DNA of 33,047 nt, taken from sequence record SRR20825006_2950. One strand, given 5' to 3'. A program made the translations under genes and the position numbers. This document shows, piece after piece, positions 8,522-17,263 of this stretch; positions within the stretch are counted from its first letter, which is position 1, and every line of letters begins with the position of its first letter. The notes beneath the pieces were generated by a model, which was not told where the DNA came from, made no database searches, and saw only the letters and a list, made by a program, of their open reading frames with translations.

Positions 8522-9512
8522 ATTTGGCTCCCTCAATCACATAATCGCCCAGTTGCACATTTTGGCCGGTGATGATTTGGGTGAACAAATCCATGTCGAG
8601 ATTGCGGCCAGTAATGATGGTGGCCAATGGACCGTTGGGCTTAAACTTGCCTGCCAACATTGCCGCAATGCCAACCACGCATGCGCCTTCTGCCACGATG
8701 CGATCTTCATAATAAAGACACTGCATGGCGCGGTAAATTTCTTCTTCGGTGACCAAAATGGTTTGATCCAACAGATCACGGCATAGGGCAAATGAGAATT
8801 TATTGTCCATGCCGATGCCACCACCCAAACTATCCGCCAAGCTGGGCACCTCAACCACATCGACAGGATGCCCAGCTTCAATTGAGGCGGCCATGGCAGC
8901 ACCGCGATCCATTGAAATGCCAATCAGCTGAATGTCGGGTTTGATCGCTTTGGCCGCCAAGGCAATGCCTGCGGCCAACCCACCACCTGATAGGGGGACC
9001 AACAATGTTTCAAGGTCTGGTCGGGCAGATAAGATTTCCAGCCCAATTGTGCCCTGCCCGGCAATGACGAAAGGATCGTCAAATGGTGAGATTTCAACCA
9101 AGCCTTCTTCTGCACATAAGCGACGGCTTTCGGCCATCGCCTCATCTTGGCTTTGCCCTTTAACCCACACTTCGCCACCGAGTTGTTGAATGCCTTCCAC
9201 TTTGGCTTTAGGCACCAATTCAGACATGCAGATAACGGCACGCAACCCGCGCAATTTTGCAGCAAAGGCCACCCCACGCCCATGATTGCCCGTGGAACAG
9301 CACGTTATGCCCTTTGTGCCTTCGGGCAAATTCATCACAGCATTGATGGCGCCGCGCAGCTTAAATGCGCCGATTGGCTGCATATTTTCCAGCTTCAGCA
9401 AAATGTCAGTGCCGAACTTATCGCTGAGGAAAGGCGACGGGACCAACGGGGTTTGGTCAGCTTGCCCTTTTATGGTGTTTTGCGCAGCCAAAACATCCGC
9501 CAAATCAAGCAT
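8508..9512 (-). CDS. eutB: Hydroxyectoine utilization dehydratase EutB (threonine dehydratase-like, PLP)
   Basis: KLENMQPIGAFKLRGA (PLP Lys), CSTGNHGRG, PLSGGGL, SLADSLGGGIG. Start ATG9512 behind AGGAGGGA. Confidence 0.9.
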   Translation of the reverse strand: MLDLADVLAAQNTIKGQADQTPLVPSPFLSDKFGTDILLKLENMQPIGAFKLRGAINAVMNLPEGTKGITCCSTGNHGRGVAFAAKLRGLRAVICMSELVPKAKVEGIQQLGGEVWVKGQSQDEAMAESRRLCAEEGLVEISPFDDPFVIAGQGTIGLEILSARPDLETLLVPLSGGGLAAGIALAAKAIKPDIQLIGISMDRGAAMAASIEAGHPVDVVEVPSLADSLGGGIGMDNKFSFALCRDLLDQTILVTEEEIYRAMQCLYYEDRIVAEGACVVGIAAMLAGKFKPNGPLATIITGRNLDMDLFTQIITGQNVQLGDYVIEGAKYVRP

Positions 9513-9557
9513 ATTCCCTCCTTTAAATTCCATCCCAAACATCTTGCTGTAGCTTAT

Positions 9558-9663
9558 GTTGTACACATCATGCGCAACAAAGGCAGAGTGTCAACGCACA
9601 CAAGCCTATAAATCTTTGATTTTTTTGTTGACGGGAAAAACAAATTGCACTGATGTATACATC
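9558..9663. promoter_or_regulatory. Divergent eutB/eutD promoter region with two copies of a GntR-type operator
   Basis: + strand: TTGACG(9628-9633)-17 nt-TGATGTATACATC(9651-9663, containing the perfect palindrome GATGTATACATC). - strand: TTGACA(9594-9589)-18 nt-TGATGTGTACAAC(9570-9558). Confidence 0.7.
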
Positions 9664-9687
9664 TTCGTGATTTGAGGGACATTGCTT

Positions 9688-10872
9688 ATGGCGAATAAAA
9701 ATCTACCCTTTTCTCAACAGGAGTATGAACGTCGACTGGAGAAGGTTCGGCGCTCCATGGAGAATTTTGAGATTGATGTGCTGTTTATCGAAGACCCATC
9801 CAATATGGGTTGGTTGACCGGCTATGATGGCTGGTCATTCTATGTGCATCAGGGTGTTTTGGTTTTTATGGATGAGGACCCCATTTGGTGGGGACGCTTT
9901 CAAGATACCAATGGTGCGCTGCGCACTGTTTGGATGGATGATAGCCGGATCACTTATTATCCGGATCATTATGTGCAATCCACGCTTTGCCACCCCATGG
10001 AAATGCTGGCGGCCATGATCCGAGATCGCGGCTTGGGCAATAAACGCATCGGCGTGGAGTTGGAGAATTATTATTTCTCCGCCAAAGCTTATTTGACGCT
10101 TACCCATGAGCTACCCGATGCGGTGTTTGTGGATGCGACCAGCCTTGTGAATTGGCAACGGCTGGTGAAAAGCGATGATGAAATTGCCTATATGCGCAAG
10201 GCCGCCCGCATTTCAGAGAAAATCATCGACGGCATTGTGGAGCGGGTTGAACCCGGCGTGCGCAAGAGTGATATTGTGGGCCAAATCTATGCCGATGCCA
10301 TTTCTGGCATTGACGATGATTGGGGGGATTATCCGGCCATTGTACCCATGTTGCCCAGTGGTTCAGATGCTGCCGCACCCCACCTCACCTGGGATGGGCG
10401 CATTTTCGATGCGGATACGCCGACCTTTTTTGAAATCTCCGGCTGTTTCCGGCGTTACCACGCCCCGCTTTGCCGCACTGTGCATTTGGGCAAGCCACCG
10501 CAATATTTGCTGGATGCAGAAAAAGCATTGGTGGAAGGCTTGGAAGCTGGGCTGGAAGCGGCGGTGCCGGGGGCACGCGCCAAAGACATTGCCCGCGCCT
10601 TGGCCATTCCGCTTGAGCGGGCGGGCATTTATCGCGCCTCGCGCGCCGGTTATCCGATTGGCATTTCTTATCCGCCAGATTGGGGCGAGCGCACCGTGTC
10701 CATTCGGCTGGAGGATCGCACCATTTTGCAACCGGGCATGACATTCCACTTTATGCCGGGCATTTGGGAAGATGATTGGGGCCTTGAGATCACCGAGAGC
10801 ATTTTGATTAAAGATAAGGGGCCAGCGGAAACTTTGTGCAACCGCCCCCGCAAACTTTATGTGAAGGACTAA
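9688..10872 (+). CDS. eutD: Ectoine hydrolase EutD/DoeA (M24 fold)
   Basis: WLTGYDGWSFYVHQ, YVQST.CHPM, LVNWQRLVKS, AAAPHLTW, YPPDWGERT, MTFHFMPGIW, GLEITESI. Start ATG9688 behind GAGGGA. Confidence 0.93.
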   Translation: MANKNLPFSQQEYERRLEKVRRSMENFEIDVLFIEDPSNMGWLTGYDGWSFYVHQGVLVFMDEDPIWWGRFQDTNGALRTVWMDDSRITYYPDHYVQSTLCHPMEMLAAMIRDRGLGNKRIGVELENYYFSAKAYLTLTHELPDAVFVDATSLVNWQRLVKSDDEIAYMRKAARISEKIIDGIVERVEPGVRKSDIVGQIYADAISGIDDDWGDYPAIVPMLPSGSDAAAPHLTWDGRIFDADTPTFFEISGCFRRYHAPLCRTVHLGKPPQYLLDAEKALVEGLEAGLEAAVPGARAKDIARALAIPLERAGIYRASRAGYPIGISYPPDWGERTVSIRLEDRTILQPGMTFHFMPGIWEDDWGLEITESILIKDKGPAETLCNRPRKLYVKD

Positions 10873-12029
10873 TGCGCGAACGCACCGAAGAAATTTTGCG
10901 CCAACTTATCGCCTATCCGACCATCTCGGCGGATAGCAATTTGGATATGATCCATTATGCAGCAAATTTGCTGGAAGATGTTGGCGCAAAAATTGAACTG
11001 CACCATGATGCCACACACAAAAAGGCCAATTTGGTTGGGACCATTGGCCCGGACATTGGCGGCGGCATTGTTCTATCTGGCCATAGCGATGTGGTGCCCG
11101 TGGCGGACCAGACGTGGCAAACTGATCCATTTGAACTGAGCAAAAGAGATGGTCGCTATTATGGTCGCGGCACCTGCGACATGAAGGGCTTTATCGCCGC
11201 CACGTTGGCCATGGTGCCCAAATTTGCAGCGCATAAGTTGAAACGACCGATCCATTTTGTTTTCACCTATGATGAAGAGGTGGGCTGTTTAGGCGCGCGC
11301 GATCTGGTGGAGATTTTAAAGCATCGTCCACACTTGCCCGCCGCGGCCATTGTGGGCGAACCCACCGAAATGAAAATCGTTGAGGGGCACAAAGGCTGCT
11401 GCGAATATAGCGTTTATTTTGAAGGACGGGCCGGGCATGGCTCCATGCCTGATGCAGGGGTGAATGCCGCAGAATATGCCACCCGCTATGTCAGCAAATT
11501 GCTGGAATTACGCGAAGCATTAAAGGGACGCGCACCAAAAGACAGTCCTTTTAATCCGCCTTGGACCACCATCAATGTGGGGCGTATTGAAGGGGGCACA
11601 GCCCATAATGTGATCTGCAATCACGCCGAGATTGACTGGGAAATGCGCCCCATTGCGCAAGAGGATGCGGATTGGGTGAATTCGGTTTTGGCGGCCTTCT
11701 GCACGGAGGAGTTGCTGCCTGATATGCGCAAAGTCTGGCCTGATTCCAACATCACCACCCGCACCATTGGCGAAGTGATTGGCCTGACCCCATTGCGCAC
11801 CAACGAAGCCCGCGAAATTGTGATTGCACTTACTGGGGCCAATGAAAGTCATTTTGTGCCCTTTGGCACGGAAGCTGGCCTGTTTCAAGAATTGGGCATT
11901 GCTACAATTGTGTGCGGCCCCGGCTCCATTGAGCAGGCGCACAAGGCCGATGAATTTTTGGCGATAGAACAGCTTGACCAATGCTTGGGCATGTTAGACA
12001 AACTTGCCCATTCAATGCGAGCAGCATAG
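10872..12029 (+). CDS. argE: M20A acetylornithine deacetylase-like enzyme; probable N-acetyl-diaminobutyrate deacetylase
   Basis: LSGHSDVVP, GRGTCDMKG, DEEVG, VGEPT, FGTEAG, QAHKADE; start overlaps the eutD stop (TAATG). Confidence 0.85.
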   Translation: MRERTEEILRQLIAYPTISADSNLDMIHYAANLLEDVGAKIELHHDATHKKANLVGTIGPDIGGGIVLSGHSDVVPVADQTWQTDPFELSKRDGRYYGRGTCDMKGFIAATLAMVPKFAAHKLKRPIHFVFTYDEEVGCLGARDLVEILKHRPHLPAAAIVGEPTEMKIVEGHKGCCEYSVYFEGRAGHGSMPDAGVNAAEYATRYVSKLLELREALKGRAPKDSPFNPPWTTINVGRIEGGTAHNVICNHAEIDWEMRPIAQEDADWVNSVLAAFCTEELLPDMRKVWPDSNITTRTIGEVIGLTPLRTNEAREIVIALTGANESHFVPFGTEAGLFQELGIATIVCGPGSIEQAHKADEFLAIEQLDQCLGMLDKLAHSMRAA

Positions 12030-12036
12030 GCCGATA

Positions 12037-12735
12037 ATGGATCAAGAAATTCTTCTTCAGCACATCAGCAAGGAAGACAGCAATGAAAGCCCCGCCGGGC
12101 GCCGCTTTCGGCAATTGCATGAAGAGATCCGGTCGCGCATTTCCCTGCTTGATTATCCGCCCGGCATGCGCCTGAGCGAAGAGGCCTTGGCCGAAGAATT
12201 TGGCGTGAGCCGCACGCCCCTGCGTCGCGTCTTGTGGCAATTGCAAGCGGAAGGCTTGCTGAAATCAGTGCAAGGCGTGGGCACGCTTGTGACCGACATT
12301 GATATGGCGGCGCTTTATCATGTGTATCAATTGCGCATGGAGCTGTCGCCGCTTTTGGCCCGCCTGTCGCCGCGCAAAGTGACGCCAGACGACATTGCGC
12401 GGTTCGAGATGCTTTATGAGAATTGCCTTGCACTGGTGGACGACCCCAGCGCGCGCGGCTATTCGATCATCAATATTGCCACCTTCCACGCGCTTGCGGA
12501 TATGACCACCAATGAGCCCCTGCGCGACACCATGGAACGGCTATTTTACCAAACGGCACGCATTTGGCTGAAGTCTTTAACTGACCAAGATGTCCGGCGA
12601 GAATGCAAAAGCCTTAGCCGCGAAATTCGAGATTATCGCGACGCTGTCCGCTTGGGCGATTTGGATGCGTTGGGGCATATTTGGCGCGCGCATACTTCTT
12701 CCAGCATGACACGCCTACAGCAAAAGGCGACTTAG
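12037..12735 (+). CDS. GntR-family regulator (FadR/FCD-type)
   Basis: wHTH PPGMRLSEEALAEEFGVSRTPLRRVL...VQGVGTLV; helical C-terminal domain; 232 aa, too short for a MocR aminotransferase domain. Confidence 0.88.
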   Translation: MDQEILLQHISKEDSNESPAGRRFRQLHEEIRSRISLLDYPPGMRLSEEALAEEFGVSRTPLRRVLWQLQAEGLLKSVQGVGTLVTDIDMAALYHVYQLRMELSPLLARLSPRKVTPDDIARFEMLYENCLALVDDPSARGYSIINIATFHALADMTTNEPLRDTMERLFYQTARIWLKSLTDQDVRRECKSLSREIRDYRDAVRLGDLDALGHIWRAHTSSSMTRLQQKAT

Positions 12736-12911
12736 GCAGCGCGCAAGCGCCATGGTCAGCTGTGCATTTTTGCGCATCAATACACTATATGCTCGGGTAT
12801 TTTTGGGCGCTTATGTTGGAGAAAAACAGTGTGGCCCATTGACCTTTTGCGTAAAGAGGGGCCAAAACAGCTAAAAAAAACCAAAAAACAAAACATCTCT
12901 GGGATAGATCA

Positions 12912-13949
12912 ATGAAACTCACCAGCCTTGACGCGCCGGGTTATGAAAAGGTCGTTTATGCGGAGGACGAGGCCAGCGGCCTGAAATCCATCATTGCGGT
13001 GCACAGCACCAAATTGGGCCCAGCGGCAGGCGGGTGCCGCATGTTTGCCTACCCCAACATTGAAGCGGCGAAAACCGACGCGCTTCGACTTGCGCGGGGC
13101 ATGACTTATAAAAACGCGGCCGCATCCCTGCCGCTTGGTGGTGGCAAATCTGTAATCATTGCTGATCCACACAAAGATAAAACGCCCAAATTGATGCAAG
13201 CCTTTGGCCGCTTTGTGGAGAGCTTTGACGGGATGTACACCACCGCCGAAGATGTGGGCATCAGCGTTGAGGACATTGAAGAAGCCGCCAAGTTCACCAG
13301 CTATGCGGCAGGGCTTACTAAGGGTGAATATGCTTCTGGCGATCCCTCCCCCGTGACTGCCCGTGGCGTGTATTTTTCTTGCATGGCCGCGCTGAAACAT
13401 GCCTTTGGGCATGACCGCATTGAAGGCAAAACCGTTGCGTTGCAGGGTTTGGGCCATGTGGGCATGTATCTCGCTGGACATTTGCACGAAGCGGGCGCGA
13501 GCCTTGTTGTGACCGACATTGACGCCCATGCAGTGGCACAAGCGCGGCAAAAGTTTAGTGCCCGTTCCGTCGCACCAGATGATATTTATGATGTCGACGC
13601 CGACATTTTTGCCCCATGTGCCATGGGTGCAATTTTAAATGCCAACACCATCCCTCGCTTGAGGGCCAAGCTGGTTTGTGGCGCGGCCAACAACCAATTG
13701 GCGGATGATGCAGCGGGCGAAGCACTGTTGGAAAAAGGCATTGTTTATGCGCCGGACTATGTGGTCAATGGCGGTGGCATCATCAATGTTTCGGCCGAGA
13801 TATTGAAAATTACCGATCAAAAATGGGTTGATCAAAAGGTGGAACAATTGGCGGTCACCACGGACAAGATTTTGACCAAGGCCAAGGCGCTAAACGCGTC
13901 GCCACATAAAGTGGCCGACCAATTTGTGGATGAAATTTTGGCGCAATAG
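12912..13949 (+). CDS. Leu/Phe/Val (ELFV family) amino acid dehydrogenase
   Basis: LGPAAGGCR, GMTYKNA...LGGGKSVI, TAEDVG, GDPSPVTARGV, QGLGHVG, GAANNQL, YAPDYVVNGGG. Confidence 0.92.
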   Translation: MKLTSLDAPGYEKVVYAEDEASGLKSIIAVHSTKLGPAAGGCRMFAYPNIEAAKTDALRLARGMTYKNAAASLPLGGGKSVIIADPHKDKTPKLMQAFGRFVESFDGMYTTAEDVGISVEDIEEAAKFTSYAAGLTKGEYASGDPSPVTARGVYFSCMAALKHAFGHDRIEGKTVALQGLGHVGMYLAGHLHEAGASLVVTDIDAHAVAQARQKFSARSVAPDDIYDVDADIFAPCAMGAILNANTIPRLRAKLVCGAANNQLADDAAGEALLEKGIVYAPDYVVNGGGIINVSAEILKITDQKWVDQKVEQLAVTTDKILTKAKALNASPHKVADQFVDEILAQ

Positions 13950-13955
13950 CCAAAT

Positions 13956-13986
13956 AAAAAGGGAGCCAACCGGCTCCCTTTCTTTT
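13956..13986. terminator. Bidirectional intrinsic terminator (dehydrogenase / mscL)
   Basis: AAAAAGGGAGCC-AACC-GGCTCCCTTTCTTTT between convergent genes. Confidence 0.85.
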
Positions 13987-13996
13987 GAGATGTGGC

Positions 13997-14422
13997 TTAT
14001 TTTTTAGCCAGCAAATCCCGAATTTCGGTCAACAAAGTTTCTTCCTTCGTTGGTGATGGTGGCGCAGAAGGCTTTTCTTCTTCCTTCCGGCGCAATGAGT
14101 TGATGCCCTTCACCACAAAGAACAGCACCCAAGCCACGATCAAAAACTTCACCACTGCATTGACGAACAAGCCAATGTTCAATGTCGCCACGCCAAGTTC
14201 TTTCGCTTGTGCAACAGAAGCGATGGTTTCGCCGCCTGTATCAGACAACACGATAAACCAGTTTGAAAAGTCCAGGCCGCCCAGCACCAGACCGATCACC
14301 GGCATAAACACATCATCCACCAATGATGAAACGATGGCGCCAAAGGCTGCGCCAATGATCACACCGATTGCCAATTCAACCATATTGCCTTTGATCGCAA
14401 AGGCCTTGAACTCTTTGAGCAT
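13997..14422 (-). CDS. mscL: Large-conductance mechanosensitive channel
   Basis: [37 protein letters not shown]...LLTEIRDLL; start at ATG14422. Confidence 0.97.
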   Translation of the reverse strand: MLKEFKAFAIKGNMVELAIGVIIGAAFGAIVSSLVDDVFMPVIGLVLGGLDFSNWFIVLSDTGGETIASVAQAKELGVATLNIGLFVNAVVKFLIVAWVLFFVVKGINSLRRKEEEKPSAPPSPTKEETLLTEIRDLLAKK

Positions 14423-14658
14423 AGTTTTCCCCTTATCAGCCCACAAATAAGTGCCGCCATAGTGGTGATCTCTCATCCCACCGACGACGGCCACAACTTT
14501 ACTTTAAGAAACAATTAACCAAAGGCAAGTGAATTGTTTTGGGATGCCATGCAGTTGAAGGCCACGGAAAAGTCGCAAAGAATTGTTCAAACAGCCTTTG
14601 CCTAAACGTGCTGGTGTGGCACAAGGGAATGAATTTTCAATAGACCAAGGCACTTTGC

Positions 14659-15273
14659 ATGACCATTCGTTTGCATAAAGGGGATTTGCCCCACCTCAAT
14701 GATTACGGAAAATCTGTTGCGATTGACACCGAAACCATGGGGCTGAACCCTATGCGTGATCGGCTGTGTGTGGTGCAGCTTTCCCCCGGCGATGGTACGG
14801 CAGATGTGGTGCAAATCGAGCAAGGCCAGACCGAAGCGCCAAATTTGCAAAAGCTTTTGGCAGACGAAAATGTGACCAAATTGTTCCATTTCGCCCGCTT
14901 CGATATTGCTGCATTGCAAAACGCTTTTGGCACAGTGACCAAGCCCGTTTATTGCAGCAAAATCGCGTCAAAACTGGTGCGCACCTATACGGACCGCCAT
15001 GGGCTGAAAGATTTGTGCCGCGAATTGATTGGCGTGGACCTTTCAAAGCAGCAGCAAAGCTCTGACTGGGGATCAGATGATTTGACCAATGCACAGCTTG
15101 AATATGCGGCGAGCGATGTTTTGTATTTGCACGATTTGAAGCGGCATTTGGACCGGATGCTGAAACGAGAAGGCCGCATGGAAATGGCGCAAGCGTGTTT
15201 CAACTTTTTGCCGCACCGGGCCGAGCTAGACCTAAAAGGCTGGGCTGAAACCGACATTTTTGCGCATAGTTAA
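14659..15273 (+). CDS. rnd: Ribonuclease D-like 3'-5' exonuclease (short alphaproteobacterial form)
   Basis: AIDTETMGL, DRLCVVQLS, FHFARFD, SKQQQSSDWG, YAASDV (DEDDy motifs). Confidence 0.9.
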   Translation: MTIRLHKGDLPHLNDYGKSVAIDTETMGLNPMRDRLCVVQLSPGDGTADVVQIEQGQTEAPNLQKLLADENVTKLFHFARFDIAALQNAFGTVTKPVYCSKIASKLVRTYTDRHGLKDLCRELIGVDLSKQQQSSDWGSDDLTNAQLEYAASDVLYLHDLKRHLDRMLKREGRMEMAQACFNFLPHRAELDLKGWAETDIFAHS

Positions 15274-15283
15274 GGACTGAACG

Positions 15284-15931
15284 ATGGCTGAGCTGGCCGC
15301 CCCTTCCCACTTTGAGCAACTTTTTGCTCGTGCTGAGCGGCGGCGGCGCTTGGTCAAATTACTGCGTTGGATTATTCCCGCTGTCGGCAGCGTCATTTTT
15401 CTTGCCCTCACGGTGCCGCTGCTGATCGACAGTTTGCTGCCCACCGCGCAATTTGAAGGCATTCGGCTGGAACAAGATAAGCTGGTGGTCGACGCACCCC
15501 GTGCCACTGGTGTTTTGAGCGATGGCGGCACATATGAAATGACCGCCAAAAGCGCGACCACGAAGATCATCAATCAAGATATGATTGATTTGATCGACAT
15601 GAAGGCAACGATGAATTTCGTTGATGGCGAAAATATTGTCGGCACGTCCGCAACGGGCACCTTTTCCTTGAAAAGCAATATTTTGGCGCTCAACAGCCAA
15701 ATCGATATTTTGTCGAGCCAAAACGACCAAGGTGAAATTGGCACCGGCATCGCTGATCTCGATGCCCAAATTTTTAATGGCTATGATGGCGTGGCCTTTG
15801 ACTTTGCCAATGGCAGCACCTTACGCGCCGAAAATATGCATTATGATGGCGAAGGCCAATATTGGAAATTTGAGCGGGCCAGCCTTACCATTCCGCCCCA
15901 AACTGAACAGGCAAATGACGATGAGAACTAA
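15284..15931 (+). CDS. lptC: LPS export periplasmic protein LptC-like
   Basis: Basic stretch RRRRLVKLLR, one TM segment, beta-rich C-terminal domain; directly before lptA-lptB. Confidence 0.65.
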   Translation: MAELAAPSHFEQLFARAERRRRLVKLLRWIIPAVGSVIFLALTVPLLIDSLLPTAQFEGIRLEQDKLVVDAPRATGVLSDGGTYEMTAKSATTKIINQDMIDLIDMKATMNFVDGENIVGTSATGTFSLKSNILALNSQIDILSSQNDQGEIGTGIADLDAQIFNGYDGVAFDFANGSTLRAENMHYDGEGQYWKFERASLTIPPQTEQANDDEN

Positions 15932-16409
15932 CGCGTTGTTCCGCGCCTTGGCGCTTGCATTATCCCTTTCGACATTGGGGGCCGCTAGCCATGCCTTGGC
16001 TCAATCCAATGGCCCTGTGAACATTACGGGCGATGTGTTTGAGATTTTTGAAGCCAAGAAACAGGCTGTGTTTACAGGCAGTGTGGTGGTGACGCAGACA
16101 GACTTCACCCTTTATTCGCCCAAGGTCACCGCCTTTTACGGTGAAGGCGGCGCATCTGATTTGAAAAAGATTGATGCTGCCGGGCGGCTAACGCTGCATT
16201 TTGGCCCTAAAACCGCCAAAGCAGATTATGGCACATATGATCCCAAAACCGAGATTTTGCACCTGACGGGTAATGTGGAGGTCACCGAGGATGGCACGGT
16301 GGTGACGGGTGGTCAGTTGTTTGTGAACGTGACCGATAACAGCTCTCGCTTTGTGTCCGATCCCAACTCCAATAAGCGGGTGACGGGGACTTTTTCAAGT
16401 GGCAACTAA
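15915..16409 (+). CDS. lptA: LPS transport periplasmic protein LptA/OstA family
   Basis: Signal peptide, PVNITGD, AVFTGSVVVTQ, LTGNVEVT, C-terminal RVTGTF; start at 15915 or 15921. Confidence 0.8.
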   Translation: MTMRTNALFRALALALSLSTLGAASHALAQSNGPVNITGDVFEIFEAKKQAVFTGSVVVTQTDFTLYSPKVTAFYGEGGASDLKKIDAAGRLTLHFGPKTAKADYGTYDPKTEILHLTGNVEVTEDGTVVTGGQLFVNVTDNSSRFVSDPNSNKRVTGTFSSGN

Positions 16410-17163
16410 CTCGTCTGCACAAAGCCAATCGCTTGACCCAACCGGATGGCTTGTGGCCCATTCGCTGGCCAAAAGCTATGGCAAGAAAGTGGTCATCCGC
16501 AATGTTTCTGTTGCGGTGAACCGGGGCGAGGCTGTGGGCCTTTTGGGGCCGAACGGCGCGGGCAAAACCACTGTATTTTCCATGATTATGGGCATCACGC
16601 CGCCCGATAGTGGCGAAGTGCTGTTGCATGGCAAACCGATCACCAAATTTCCACTTTTCCAGCGCGGACGGCTGGGGATGGGATATTTGCCGCAAGAGCC
16701 ATCCATTTTTCGCGGCATGAGTGTGAAAAGCAATATTCTCGCCATTTTGGAAGGCCATGTGCGTGGCCGCAAAGCACAAGAAGAACGCCTTGATGAATTG
16801 CTGGAAGAGTTTTCCATCACTCATATTCGCGATTCCGATGCCTTAGCCCTTTCTGGCGGTGAGCGCCGCCGCGTCGAGATTGCGCGCGCCTTGGCTGCCG
16901 ATCCGCAATTTATGCTGTTGGACGAGCCCTTTGCGGGCGTTGACCCCATTGCGGTGGGTGAAATTCGCCAATTGGTTGGCCAACTCACGTCGCGTGGCAT
17001 TGGTGTTTTGATCACCGACCATAATGTGCGCGAAACTTTAGGTTTGGTTGACCGCGCCTATATCATCCATGGCGGCCAAGTGATGATCCAAGGTCGCCCC
17101 GAAACCATCACCAATGACGAGCAAGCCCGCCGGGTTTATCTGGGCCAGGATTTTTCTTTGTAG
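16399..17163 (+). CDS. lptB: LPS export ABC ATPase
   Basis: GLLGPNGAGKTT, GYLPQEPSIFR, LSGGERRRVEIARAL, LLDEPFAGVDP, LITDHNVRETL, VYLG; GTG start uncertain. Confidence 0.96.
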   Translation: MATNSSAQSQSLDPTGWLVAHSLAKSYGKKVVIRNVSVAVNRGEAVGLLGPNGAGKTTVFSMIMGITPPDSGEVLLHGKPITKFPLFQRGRLGMGYLPQEPSIFRGMSVKSNILAILEGHVRGRKAQEERLDELLEEFSITHIRDSDALALSGGERRRVEIARALAADPQFMLLDEPFAGVDPIAVGEIRQLVGQLTSRGIGVLITDHNVRETLGLVDRAYIIHGGQVMIQGRPETITNDEQARRVYLGQDFSL

Positions 17164-17263
17164 AAAAATTTCTGCCGCCGCGGTTTTTTTTCGCTGCCAC
17201 CGGAAGCGTCGTACGTTGAGCATACGATGGATAGATGCTGAGACTTCATGACAATTGTTAAGA

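Noticed and set aside
12871-12895. A-rich run (CTAAAAAAAACCAAAAAACAAAAC) as a phase-variable tract
   Set aside because: Non-coding, interrupted, longest run only 8 A; more likely an unstructured leader or translation enhancer.
1-14000. Genomic island integrated at tRNA-Leu carrying tct and ectoine genes
   Set aside because: No integrase or transposase, I found no repeat of the tRNA 3' end (CCAGGGCACCA) downstream, and there is no evident compositional break.
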